DNA of 63,550 nt, counting the filler, from Sphacelaria rigidula (taxonomy: Eukaryota), in NCBI GenBank assembly GCA_964200075.2. It is 5 parts of 5 records of this genome, joined end to end, with 100 filler letters (N's around TTAATTAATTAA, not from the genome) between each part and the next. Parts side by side here need not be neighbours in the genome. Positions count along the whole stretch, not along the records: positions 1 to 12,632 come from CAXNAA020003551.1; 4 more parts are not named here. One strand, written 5' to 3'. A model generated the notes under the pieces. It worked only from the letters and a program-made list of their open reading frames with translations, did no database searches and was not told the origin of the DNA. Of the stretch, positions 1-12,732 are shown piece after piece. Each line of letters opens with the position of its first letter. Position 1 is the first letter of the stretch. The position numbers and the translations under genes are program-made.

Positions 1-190
1 GACCGCGTGCTTAGAGGACCGCATCGGAATTTGAACATCCCTATGGTTAGGGTCAGGGTCAGGGTTAGTGTTAGGGTTACGGTCAGGGGCGTGATCCCTG
101 CAGGGACTGGCCCGATCGGTTTTGAAAATCGTCGATCCTAGGGTTTTTTGAACTACGGCGCGGTCCTCTAAGCACGCAGTCCTCTCACGC
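1..190. mobile_element. MITE-like inverted-repeat element with internal telomere-like repeats, left end cut by contig start
   Basis: 1-22 GACCGCGTGCTTAGAGGACCGC is the near-perfect reverse complement of 160-181. The interior at 45-86 carries GGTTAGGGTCAGGGTCAGGGTTAGTGTTAGGGTT. Confidence 0.65.
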
Positions 191-2229
191 ATTACAGACA
201 CTGTGGTAGAGGTTTATGTTGGATGTATTGATCAGTTCTATGCAAAGCATGCCTCTTTTTAATCGAACCGCCGTTTTGTATCAGTGAGTCGAGGAGTACG
301 TTCTGCTGGCTGGCTGATCGCTGCAGCGCATCATTCCCGTGGATCCCCACGAGAAGCTCCGACTTTAACTGTTTAACCGCGCGAGGACCAACACAGTGTG
401 GAGCGCTCGCAGTTATCGTTGCTGTGTGCTGATGGGTTCGAAGAGCGGCAATACATATGTCCTGCAGTAGCGGAATCGTTCATTTGAAAAGAGTGGAGGC
501 GGTGCGGAAGTGCTGGTCCAATCCCCGAAACCAAAAAGTAAGGCGTCTACCGAGGGAGAAATGCCCGGGTGGCCGCTGGCACACGTTACGGCACGTTATC
601 CGCATTTTGGAACGTCGCTAGGCTATGGACAAGGGTGAACAGCATGCGTACAGCATGGACCGGTTTGCAAAACACATATCTTAGCCTAAAGGCGGGCTTG
701 CTAAGGTTACACAAAGTAACAACGCGTGCGATAACAATTCGATTCGCGCTGCGCACACGTTTTTTCTAAAATCCATAACGTATCATAACCTTGGTTCCGC
801 TTCAGAGTGCGCATAGCGTGCACCGGTGGCCACCCTTGTGGGGTGATCGCTGGAGACTGCGGACTCGTTCCGAGGAGGGGGAGGGGTTCAAAGTGTGCAA
901 TAATAGCATTTTTTTTCATATGGACCTTGAACACTTTTTTGGAACGGCAGCGCTGAAAGTCGCATGCAGCAGATACACCACCACGCCATAGGCACGTGTG
1001 CGTGGTTGCATGGTCAAAGTAGCGGTATCGCTCGTCATCCGGTGTTTGGTGGTCATTTTCAAACCCACTCACGTACAATACCTCCTGACATGCTTTCTAG
1101 ACTCTCGATTTGAACATATCCGTCGTGGCATGCATAGACGCTTCTATCTACTACTGTAGAACTGAGATCTCCAAATCGGCATTTTTGGCGTATGAACATG
1201 TTCATCTGGGACTTCGCCTGTTCCGTCTAAACTCAGGAGCAAGCATATACCACATTGCACAAGAGCAACTCCCAACTGCTAGAGCGCCGCTTGATCACAG
1301 TCTAGATTTGACGGTCCATCTCCATGGTCCGAACGCGCGCCTTTTGACTCCATTAGACTTTGACAGACACACAGACAATATCTCCCATGAGCGGGGGATG
1401 CTGTAGGAGTTTTTCTAAAACAGATCCTTCATGAGTGGGGTGTGCAGCAGTGGATAACCGTGAATACGGCGCACTCGCATCAGAGACAGCCAACAAAATC
1501 GCTTGTTTCTGTCTTCCACGGCCATCCCCTCACACGTTTGCGAGGACGGATGCGTGCCGTCGTGGGGTTTCTAGAGCAATAAAATTCTTTATGTTATAAT
1601 ACGGTGTTGTCTTCTCCGTTGGTCACGAAGTACACTACCCCTGTATGACAAATATGACGGCCTACCTCGGCGGGAAACGTCATGGAGGAACAAGACATGG
1701 TACCTCACAAGAGCGAGATGAACTATGTCGAGATCTCTCCAACGATCCATCTCTCTGTGGCGTGGACATCACAAATTCGGAGGAGCTCGAGGTTGAGAAA
1801 CTCCTTGTCCGAGGGAGCTATACTGCGTGCTCCAAAAAGCAAAACCCTGACGATAATGAACAGGGTGTGCTGCCGGAAATAACACCTACTGTGGCAGCAA
1901 TACTCCTTGTGAAGGCTACATCCTTTTGCTACCACGACAACAGTTCAAAGACAGGTAATCGCCGCGGTACTACAAGAGGGCAGCGGAACAAAATATATGG
2001 TAGTCTGTTGGATCGTTTTATGGTTCTGGTTGTCCGTTCGCTGCGTTCGATTGCGCTGTCCAGGTATACCTGTATGGTAGGGTAGCTTCTAAGACCGTTC
2101 TGAACAATAAAGTACGATGTAGTTGACGTCGCACATCGTCGTGCGGTTGGATCTTTAATAAGAGATGCGCTTTGTCGCGCGGTCAGATATTTGGGATATG
2201 CACGTGGATTGCGACAAAGGTAATCACGT

Positions 2230-5200
2230 TCAGTTGTACTTGCGAGCAGCTTTGCTGCGGCTTGCCCCTAGGAGTGCTCCGGACCTCGGCTTCGGGATTG
2301 GAGGAAACAGCTGTCCGCATGCCGTTATCTGCAACAGAAAGCGCGAGGCAAGGAGTTAGCGTTAGCGTTAGTGCTGGTATTGGGATCAGGGAAGACAACT
2401 ACCGTACACCAAGTTACTCTGTACAAGGTAGGTTTCTTGCTGTTGCACTGGTTTTACAAAAAATGGGCTCTTTTATTGATAGGGGTGGTATTCAAACATT
2501 GCGCGTTGATCTATGGAAGGTACGCCATACGTTCCGGCAGCACACTGCTTCAAATGGAACCGCCTACTGTTGCGCTATGATTAAGTCAAGGCCAACCGTG
2601 ATGGACACATGATAAATTTAAAAACGATTTTGGAGCTGCAATCGCTCCGTAAGTATGTCTCGAGTCGCGTCAGTAGAAGATCAAGTTGGCGCAAGTCAAG
2701 GTTTTCGCATAAACATTAATATGACCTGAGCTAGGACGCACAGGCAGCGTAGGGGTAGGTCTGGGGCTTGGTGTGTTAAATGTACACAAGTGCACTACAA
2801 TGCATCACCTGAATGAGTACAGATGGGCGGCCGTGCTCACTGCCGTGTGACTCCATCTTGTCCAGAGCCTCGAACGAATCCGAGTCGGTGAGGTAGCCGA
2901 AGACGACGCAACGTCCGTCGAGCCAAGGGGCCTAGCATGAAATGCGTAGGAAGTGGACGAGTTTAATACCCTCGGGCACAGGTAGATTTTTAATCGAAGC
3001 TTCAAGATTCTCAGAAGTTGCGGCGTTGGCGTCCACGATGTTCTTGGTCTTGCCGCTGCTTGAGACCACACCGCCGGGACATTCATGGATAGCCACATAC
3101 CGTCGAGGATAAATACCACACCCTGGACAATACAGTATATGATCAATAGATACAAAAGACGAGAAGTGTATTGCATAAAGTACAAGCCTTTATGCAGTAC
3201 GCTTCTTGTATATTGCAACCATTGGCCATATATTGTCCAAATATTGTCCAAATATTGTCCAAATATTGTCCAAATATTGTCCAAGGTATGATAAATACTG
3301 ACATACTATGATATTTCGGGAGGGAGCACACGCGGCCATTTGGCTACCCCCAAAAATGCCTCCGAGGAATGCGCGGCCCTCTGCAAAAACAAGCCTCTGG
3401 AGGCGTTTAATCTCTCTGGAGGAAACCAAACACTACCGACCTGGAGAGCCGCGCATGCCTCCGGAGGAATTTGGGTCTAGCAAAATGCCTTCGGAGAGAT
3501 GCGCGGCCCTCCAGAGGCAAATCTAGCCTCCGGAGGCGTTTCACTCTCTGGAGGAACCCAAGCACTACCGACCTCGAGGGTCGCGCACCCCTCCGGAGGC
3601 GTTTATTCCTCTGGAGAGGCTCGAAACGTTGATCGACCTGGAGGAATTTTGGGGATAGCCACATGGCCACGTGTGAGTGCATTTTCTTCGTTCAACCTCG
3701 AGGGGTTAGCCGTGGCAGGCTTATGGTCCACCACCTGCTAGTATCATAAACGAGAGAGTAAACCAAACTGCCTGGTCGACCACGAAGGAGGCAGTCCGTT
3801 CCGGAAACCGCGTGCGGGTACGTCAGCCATACTCCGCCCTCTGATTGGTTTGATTGATTGGTTTGATTGATTGATTGTCGCACATAAAACTGATTCCCCA
3901 GGAGTCATGATGTAGTCGTGGTCATTATCCACATGATAGACATGCCTGAGACAAGAACAAAAATGACACACTCGTTGACGAAAAGTAAAGAAGAAACAAC
4001 AGAAAAAATAGTAGAACATACAAGCAGAGTAGATCAAGAAAAGAAGCGAAAATAAACAAGACAAAAGGGGGAAAAAAAGAAAACATGAGACAAGATGAAA
4101 GAAAGACACGGACGCTCTGTAGCCTGATATGTCCTCGGAATACCAGCACAGTAGTCAACATTTATTTCCGAATTAACTCGCGGGGAAAGGCATGAAATGG
4201 CGTACCACACACAAGAAACCCTGCGCACAGCCAATGTGTAATGTCGCTGTGCCACCGTCAAAGTATGCTATCTAGGTTTTTGACATATAAAGTACCCCAC
4301 GAGTACCTCTATTCTATGATCCCTGGACAGTTGAGGCGCAACCTCTTCGCATCGCCTTGGTTTTTGTACGACCTCCTCACCTCATGTCATGCTGCGGGGA
4401 CCCATTGGGAGTACTCTTGAGACCAGTACTAGTAGAGTACAATAGTAGATCTTAGATCGTCTTGGCGGGATCAGAACTAGATCCTAGCCCGATTTCTTAC
4501 TTTTTCTCTCTCACTATTATTTACCTTCTGTGCTTTCCTTTTCCAGATTACTCTGTTCGTTCTCTCCCCTCTCTTCTTCCCTGTTCATATCTCCCCCCTT
4601 TGCGAGTTTTCTTATGTTTTCTGTCCTCCGCCTTGGAGATTTCTATCCTGTGACTGTAGCCGAATTCACGGCAGATCAGATACGAGTGTGTGACAATCCT
4701 TCGCTCAATCTATCACTCAATATAGCAGCAGTCATTAAAAGCTCGACATGTCTGAGTTCGAAATCGATTCCTGGGGCACGTCCGCTCTCCGCGTATCTCG
4801 TCGCCGCATTCACATAACGGCGCATGGTTCAGATTCTTTATACCATACCCTTTATCCAAGCATACTCATTCCTTTACCCACCTCTACCGTTGTAATCATG
4901 AACGTCGACGTGTTGGTGTCTGGACCAGCATTGCAGCACGTTAGCACTCCAGGGCCCGTATGCCTCAGCATGAAGTTCTCGTCCGCAAATGGTGCACCGT
5001 ACACAGACACGCGCCCCGTGCCGTCATGATTCTTAAGGATACGCGGGCGTCAAACAAGAAACGCGAGCATCAAACGTACTGATCACCCACCCCTTCATGA
5101 CCTGGAGCTTTTTCACGAAGAATTGTGCAATAGTGCAGTTCGAATACTGGGAGTGAGCATCGCAAAGCGAAATGACAGTCCGGGGAAGCAATGATGTATA

Positions 5201-8200
5201 AATGCCGACGGTCTGGGCACGCTTGAAAAGAATCCGACCACTCACATATGGATGGGACTGCCTCCGAACGGACGGCCATTTTTCTTCCAGACGTTTGAAA
5301 AAAACTCTGTAGAATTTTCTAGTCTTCCGCTCTCTCTCTGCCCGTCCGCGTGTGTGTCTGTGTCTGCCTCAGTCCCTCTCAGCCCCTGTAGGTCTCTACA
5401 GTATCTGTGTCTCCGTCTCTCTCTCTCTCTCTGTCCGTCCCTCCTCTTATCTGTCTTTTCTCTTCCCTGTCATTCTTCTGTTTTGTCTTGCTTTCTTCTG
5501 TTTTTCAAAGTTTTTGCAACGTTCGCTTCTGCGGAGCGAACGGGTGAGAATTGATGTCCCATAGTGCCCACAGCCTTCCTCCCTTTGTGTTTATTTTTCG
5601 AACGATTTTGCACGGCCTTGTTACCCAAAGTCATGCGACAGGGGGCGGCTACCCACTGTGTTTTTCGTTTTCTCCAGCACGACCGGTAGTGTTGGCGTTG
5701 CTTCTTCTTCCCCTCCCTCCCTTCTTTTCTTCTTCCTTCTTCCGCCGTGTTCGCTGTGTGTGTTAGTGTGTGTGTTTCGTCTTCCGTTCCTATTTCTCTT
5801 CCTTCAGTTTATTATACTGTATTCTCTATTGTCGTTTTCCCCATTATCGAGCTTTCCTTAGTGAGTGTTACCGTTTTAACTTACCCCGGTTTTGTCTATA
5901 TTATGAACACAGCTGGATTTCCTTGGGGAGATATGCGACGATCAATCTATTGATCAATTGAGTACATAACATTTGATATCTAAAGGTTGAGATATCAACA
6001 AAACCCCTCCCCCAATACTGGTCTCTTGTGACTTCAGTGAGGTCATCGCAACCCCCATGGTAACCACTTCATCACGGTCTTGCGATATCGTGCAACCTTC
6101 TCTGGAATACTTTTATGCATCTGGAATATTCAATTGGTATACTCATCCATCTGGGGCAGCGTATTCATTTGGGACCGCGTCCACGTGAGATATCTACCTG
6201 GGATTTCACGTACCTCTGGAAGATCCATCTGGGATATCTATAGCGAACTTACCGCCACACTGCGGTAGTCTAGTTTGTACAAGTAGCACCAATTAGATTG
6301 GAACAATGCTACGGTAGGGGTGCACTTTTTGCGCAAAATCTAGTCTGGTTCAGGGGCTCGTAACGATTCTAGATGCGCAAGAATATGGGTCAGGGCATCC
6401 CCCTCTGCAAATTCGCCAGGGATATCCCTAGCACATTAGAATAGTAATCCTGGCGCATTCTCACATATTTCATAAGTCGTGTTTGGCATGAGATATAATA
6501 AAGGTCTCCTAACAACTCTAACAACTTCAGAAAATATTTGTGCACCCCTACCTCGTTGGAAGAACTCACGTTCGATTCCTATAATAAATAGATGCCATTG
6601 GGTTTTGCTCTGAGAAGTATCGGATTTCCGCCAACTAGAAATGTGACGGCGTGAGTAGAAAAGTAAAGTTGAAATTCATGTGCAGAGACGCAGCGCCGGA
6701 GTGCCGATCCAATCTGCGATATCAAAGTGTAAAGAGGCGTGTATCGCATGAGAGATGAGTTGATAAGGCCACGGACTCTTCCCGAGGAAGGTAAGGAACT
6801 CGAACGTTAAAAGTATGGCGAGAACATGAGAGAACGGTAAATCCCAGATTTAGGGGGAGGTCTATCGAGAACTTTTATCCGGAATGTCAGGTCGATCGGG
6901 GACATCCGTCTTGGATGTTGCTGTCCACTGTGGACATGTATGTATCCGGGGTTCCGTCGTCTATCTGAGATACCCAAGATAAATCCCTCACGTTGATCTT
7001 AACTTTGTACATCAGGTTCATGCGTAACTTTGAAGTAACATTTGCCATATATCCGCCGACTATTCATTCGGCGTGAAACCTTATCGTAGAAGCGCACTCA
7101 ACCCCCAAAGACTATGGTTTTGACGTCAGGAGCAGGTATCAGAGCCTATTTCGCACGTATGTCCAAATTACACCTTGAGACTCGAGGTAGATATGCCGAT
7201 AGGATGTCTCAGATATATTTCTCTATCCGGTGTGCATCCATCTGGGGTGTTTCAGGTTCACATATACATTCCAGACGGATCCGATATCTCCGTGTGATAT
7301 CCTAGAAGTACGTCGGTGTTCGAGTACGCGTTGTGCTCTGTCGATGGTTTCCTGTCTCCTTTTTATCTCGTAATCTCCCATTCTCTCTTCCTCCCTTTCT
7401 CCTCTCCTCCCTTCTTCCTTCCCTGTCATATTTTCGTTTTGATCTGTTTTGATCTGTTTTGATCTGTTTTGATCTGTTTTGATCTGTTTGATCTGTTTTG
7501 ATCTGTTTTGATCTGTTGTTAATGCTGGAGCGATGTTTGTGTCTCGCTCCCATAGAGCCCGCTGGGGAGAGTTCGCGTACCAACAGTGTGGTTTCCAGAG
7601 AGATTACCTGCAACTTGTCCACGCTGTTCCTTCTTTTCCCGTTCTATTTCGCTTCGACAGACTTTGAACGGCCTACTTACCTGAAGCCTTGCGGCCTGGG
7701 GCAGCTATTTTCTGCGTTGTTGTTGTCGTTGGTGGTGGTGGTGATTTTGATCGTTTCTTCAGCAAAACAGGTGCACGATCTTTCTCGGCGTTAAGACTTC
7801 CTCCCTCGCCTTCATTCCCTCTCTCTCCTTGTTCCCTCTTTTCTCGTGTGTGTGAGTGTGCGTGTTTTGACTTCTGTTTTTGTTCTTCTGTTCCTCGTTG
7901 ACCATGTTCCTCTGTTCTCTCCCCCCGTCGTCATGAACGTTCCCCCCCTCTTTTCGAGCTTCCTTTAGTGAGTGAGCCCCTCGTTTTTGTTCACCTCGTC
8001 TACGTGTATCTTGTGACCACGAATGTAGTCCAAGAGAATCTGTTAATGTGCGGTCATGCAGCAATCAATCAATCCGTCAAACCATTGTCTCAGATAGATA
8101 TCCTTATTCCACGTAGGCATTCATCTGGGATATCCCAGGTTCAAATGGACATCCCAGTTCGATTTGATACCCCAGATTGGTCTGATATCTCAGACGTACG

Positions 8201-11200
8201 CACATCCCGAAATAACACGCTCGATGGAAACCCATATTTCCCATTGGTGTCCCAGATGGATGTGGGGTTCTTAATGAATACGTATATCCCAGATGAATAT
8301 CCACATCCCAGACAGATATACCAGACGAATATCCATACCCCAGATGGATGGCCGTGGATCTGATATCACAGGATGGACGACTCAGATGAACGTTCCTATC
8401 AGTTACGTTCCTCGATGAATTTGATATTTTAGATGGAGTTTGCACAATAATACATGGCACTCTCGAACCTCTATATAATCTAATCAAGCAATAGTCTACC
8501 AATCGTTACACTCCAAAGTGCCACATTTACAAAAATAGTCGAGATAACGCTGCATGTAATCCGCAAAGCGTTTGCTTTTCGGCCCAGCAAACCGTTTCCT
8601 AACTCACAGAACTCAACCAAAACGATGTAAATGTCATACCCATGACGAGAAAGTAGTCAGACTCGCGAATCACTTGTTTGTCATGCCATGTACCAGAGTT
8701 ATCCTAGGAATGATCGCCGTTCCTTGTACTCAACCAGCGGTCGGCATATCACGACGTATCGCCCAAGCAACCATATTCAACGCCGCCGAACACCACTGTG
8801 CCATTTCAATGCAAAAGTATGTGGCTACGTAGCCAATATCATGTAGTACACCGGCTATGCAAAAGCATGTAATTGAGCAGCCGATATCTTGTAACATAAA
8901 GGCGGTGAGTGTAACACCTGTGCTGATATTCTTCAAGTGTAATCTCGGGTCTATCCAACACTGCAGAGGTCACGCCTGTCGTCTGCTTGCGATCGCACCG
9001 CGAAATTGGTGTATATGCAAAAGATCTCAACAACCGGTGTTTTTGGTTTGATTCAAAATGGCAGAACTCCAGGGTCACGCCGCCGGAAGGTTGTGCCATT
9101 GTACTCATCCCTGCTCGCTATAGTGCGTACGCTACTAGATACGGAGGTATCCTCTCGTATTTGTACGCATTTTGTACCTATTTTGTTCGTGTTTTGCTCT
9201 GAGAACGCATTCGACTATATTCTCGCTCCGGAATAGATTTCCGTCTAGAACCTGCTTTTAGAAAGGATGCGAAAATGCTGAGATCCATACCGCTATGTCG
9301 CCGCCAACGACGGCGAAGTCCTTCACGATGCGGTGAAATATACACCCTTGATAGCTCAACCTCGTCCCATCTCGAAGTTCATTTCTGAGTAAAGTGGAGT
9401 CAAACGACGAGCGATAAGGGGAACAGCCGTTGAGGTGTCTTGATGCTCGCGCTAAACACAAATGTCACGACTGCTGAGTTTGCCGCGCTGATACAGAGCG
9501 AGTGTGCTGTACCCACCCGTGCCCACCCAATCCAAGAGGTGGACCGCAGAGACAGTCACCGAAGCATTTCAAAGTGACCCTAGTGAAAGGTGCCAGAACG
9601 TGTGTTCGGGGCAAACCACACGAACAACGGAGACGCGGACCATCAAGCGTAGAAAACCTACATCAGTGCAGCCACCCAGGAGTACGTCCTATGGTATGAT
9701 CAGTCAGTTAGGCACTTTCCCCAATTCCATGCTATGCCAGCACATCCACACCCACGCCATCCTGCAGGCAGTACTTCGGGGACGATATTCTGAGTGGTTC
9801 CACGGTAGAGGTGCACATTTTGTTTGGGGGGCTCTGCAATGTCGGAGCCTGTCTACGACGAATATCTGAGCCTTGATATGCAGCCCCAGAAACCGTTTGG
9901 ACTGAAAAGTGCGCCCCTACCGTAGAATCCCTGTTCTACATAGATACGTGAGTTCTTGCTCGATTGTCTAAAGAGCTTGATGTTCGCACTGCCATCACAA
10001 GATGCGCAAACGTCGATACGGTTTTGATATCTGACTCGTCGCCTGAGGAAAGCTGTTCAATCCACTGCTGAGCTTTGTGCACGTCGTATGATGGATCCCT
10101 TCCTCTCCTCAAACTTTCAAGTCCCAACTCTCGAGCCTGGGGTGACCTATCTCGGAAAATATCATGTGCCTTCTTTCGCTGGGACCATCCCGTAGCTGGA
10201 AACATGATTTCGAGGGCGTACCAACGTTGTACACCTTCAAAAATGCAATTTTGTGAGACTATCGTATTGACTTTCACACCCAAGAGAAATAGGTAAGCCC
10301 ACCATGACAAGAAGTAGCCTTACTTCCCCCAGAGCCGGCATGCCATGCGAAGCCTACCGCTGGTGGTACTCACTTTTGAACTCAAAGAATTTAGGGCGCA
10401 CAATATTTATTCAAGCGCAACGGCACGCCATAAATCACGTCCATGTCCCAAACGTAAGAAGTACCAGCTATGCAAATATTGGTATACGGGGTTCGAGCTG
10501 TGTGAGCGGGAATCGACTATCCTTGTGTTGACGAACCTTTCCCCTCTTCGGGGTTGACGTCGGTTGGCAACGACGCTGTCAAACATGACACTCACTGCGT
10601 AAGCTAGGCAAGCAGGTTACCGTTTTTCTTATCGCGTGCGTTTTTTTGCGGTAACCATGATGGTGGTCGAATTAGAATATATAGTGGGGGGTGGAGAACA
10701 GCAATTCCGCGGAGAGGGGATGGTCGTACTAGGTAATATTCAAATGTTGAAACACCAGTGAGGCAGCGTAACCCGTGGATGTCTGTGGGAGTGGAAATAC
10801 CAGGAAATGAAACATCTCATTCGAGTCCATCATTTATGTGCAAGCTAATCAGTACGCTTCCGATCGAAAACCGTAGCTGCATGCAACTCACGATGCATTC
10901 CACTCGCCGAACACATCACGGCGCTTCGTTCATGCTGATTGATCGCGAGCCTGGTCCGGCAAAAACCCGACGTGCCTCGTCCCGGTTTTGTAGGGATGCG
11001 AAGTCGACAGCCGTATGCCTACGGCATACAATACCATGAGTACACCCACATGTTGGCGAACCTAATCGAACTACTCGTTGGACTCTCGACCAGCGCAGGA
11101 CACGACGTATAATACGACGTGCTTGTTTCTGAGAATCCTAGAACACTTCGTCATTTGATAATTCACGTTCCGCCCCGCCGTGGGATCTCCGATCACCCGT

Positions 11201-11455
11201 CGGCTCGTGGCACAGGGGAAACTTGCTGTACCCCAAACAGGTATCATGCGTATAGAGCATTTAAACAACTGATCCCTTGTGGATCTTACGGAAATAAAAA
11301 AGTCATAGATCTCCATCACGAGCACACAAAAGCATCTTCTTACCGATCTCCAACGCAGAGAGATCTGAAGTTCTCAGCTGTGCGGGGCACAATATCCTTC
11401 CTCAATTCGAACGTCAGCCTGGCTGCTTCACCCCCGATGGAGATATCCAAATACA
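2230..11455 (-). CDS. Cyclophilin-type peptidyl-prolyl cis-trans isomerase, divergent; spliced, first exon not identified
   Basis: Five phase-compatible GT-AG exons: 11455-11344, 9384-9291, 5031-4882, 2931-2809 and 2328-2230 (TGA). They join to (V)[191 protein letters not shown]. All classic cyclophilin blocks ([37 protein letters not shown]) are present in order. Confidence 0.93.
3230..3284. repeat. Minisatellite (ATATTGTCCAA)x5
   Basis: Five perfect 11-bp units read directly. Confidence 0.95.
3327..3675. mobile_element. Non-autonomous TIR element (MITE) with CACACG termini
   Basis: ~37-bp TIRs (CACACGCGGCCATTTGGCTACCCCCAAAAATGCCTCC / GGAGGAATTTTGGGGATAGCCACATGGCCACGTGTG), AG on both flanks, an internal ~128-bp duplication and many CCTCYGGAGG palindromes. 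Confidence 0.8.
3842..4130 (-). mobile_element. 3' end of a non-LTR retroelement with (CAAT)n tail (RTE-like LINE fragment)
   Basis: On the minus strand a pyrimidine-rich 3'UTR-like tract ends GACCACGA..GAATCAGTTTTATGTGCGACAATCAATCAATC. The same ending is seen on the plus strand near 8015-8074 and more weakly near 5860-5950. The left boundary is approximate. Confidence 0.55.
5290..5960 (+). mobile_element. Decayed LINE 3'UTR fragment
   Basis: CT-rich tract that shares TTCCTTAGTGAGTG and an ATGCGACGATCAATC end with the 7300-8074 fragment. Confidence 0.45.
6312..6552 (+). mobile_element. ~240-bp MITE with CGGTAGGGGTGCAC TIR, copy 1
   Basis: Begins TA|CGGTAGGGGTGCAC and ends GTGCACCCCTACC. The whole interior aligns in reverse orientation to 37005-37240. 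A terminal remnant is at ~9911-9923. Confidence 0.8.
7300..8074 (+). mobile_element. LINE 3' end with (CAAT)n tail, containing a (TTTGATCTGT)n microsatellite at ~7437-7516
   Basis: Pyrimidine-rich tract ending GCAGCAATCAATCAATC. The terminal motif is shared with 3842-4130. Confidence 0.55.
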
Positions 11456-12632
11456 CTGCAGTAGGTTTCAGGCGAGTAGGCAATCAGGGTTCGAAGATAG
11501 AGGCGCTACATCAATTGATGGCGGGACTGGGGGGAAAATATGCGACTGTAGAGAATGATGTCTACCCCAGATACCATGGGGGTAGGTATCGAGGCAAGAT
11601 TATACGACTGTGAAGATCCATATGCGACCAGTTTCCACTACAATGTCAGGGAGGGAGACGCGGCCAACGCAAGGGGGTTGGCTAGTTCGAGGCAGGGTGA
11701 GTTGGACAATCGAGCTATAAACAAGGGGATCTAATGTTGAGCGTGCACGCCAGGAGCCTACTTCAGGTAGCTTGCCGACTGAGTGTCGTCGTGCGTTCTA
11801 CGGCGTACCGGGTGAACTCTTTCATCACTAGCTTTACTTCGTGTTCGCCGCCTAACCGCCTTAACCTCACAAAGTGCAAGCGCCAATCTTCTTCACAGAG
11901 TCGCGCACTTTACCAACAATGATTCCGAACAGCAACCATGATACGGTCGGCACCAATGCCACACCCCACGTGACGGAGGACGATGCCACAAAACAGGACG
12001 TTGTCGCACCCTCCCCGGTAGTGACAGTCCTTTTCAGTATCAGACGCTGTTAACTGCCACACACGAACTCACTGCCTCCCCCCCTCCCCCCCCCCCCCCA
12101 GCGGTAATCGCGTTGGGCACGACAGCAAAGGAGACTCCAAACGAGAACACTGCCAATAGTCTCGATGCGCACCGGTGAGGAGTAGATTTTCCGACGCGAC
12201 ATTCTCCTTCGAAGCAATGCAGGGCACCCCTGCTTTTTTCCACTGTCGGTTCTCTCTCTTTCTTTTCTGGCAAAAAGATAAGCTCAAAAGTGTTTCAGGA
12301 GTGAATGATGAAAACACAGTCTACACTTTGCGCCTACATCGTCTGATATTGGCACACCCCTCCGCAAATCTGTGGCGTGTACGAGTTATGTGATTTTGCG
12401 CCCGGTACGCCGTCGCCCCCCTTGCTGCGACGGTGTTGTAATACTATCATACCGCCCCTCGTGGTTATCGCACCTCCCTCTGTCATCGCAGGTTAGACAC
12501 CGATGAGGCAGTTTGAAAGCTGTGGCTGTCCCTGGAAGTGGCCATACAACAGAATGAAGCAACTCATTGTTGGCTGTCATCCAAATGCAAGATAATCAGT
12601 AGGCTTCGTGCCGAACAATCTTAGCATGATGC

Positions 12633-12732
12633 NNNNNNNNNNNNNNNNNNNNNNNNNNNNNNNNNNNNNNNNNNNNTTAATTAATTAANNNNNNNNNNNN
12701 NNNNNNNNNNNNNNNNNNNNNNNNNNNNNNNN
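12633..12732. other. Artificial contig spacer N44-TTAATTAATTAA-N44
   Basis: 100-bp spacer with stops in all six frames. Identical spacers occur three more times. Confidence 0.97.

Larger units (their letters stand above)
6080..8400. repeat. Degenerate element rich in CATCTGGGATATC / GATATCCCAGATG sub-repeats, hosting nested insertions
   Basis: The motif is in forward orientation at 6080-6250 and largely in reverse orientation at 8100-8390. Boundaries are approximate. Confidence 0.4.

Noticed and set aside
12170..12260. Candidate first exon of the cyclophilin (..ENVASENLLLT|G)
   Set aside because: A phase-compatible donor exists, but there is no convincing in-frame start or acceptor, so it is left unassigned.
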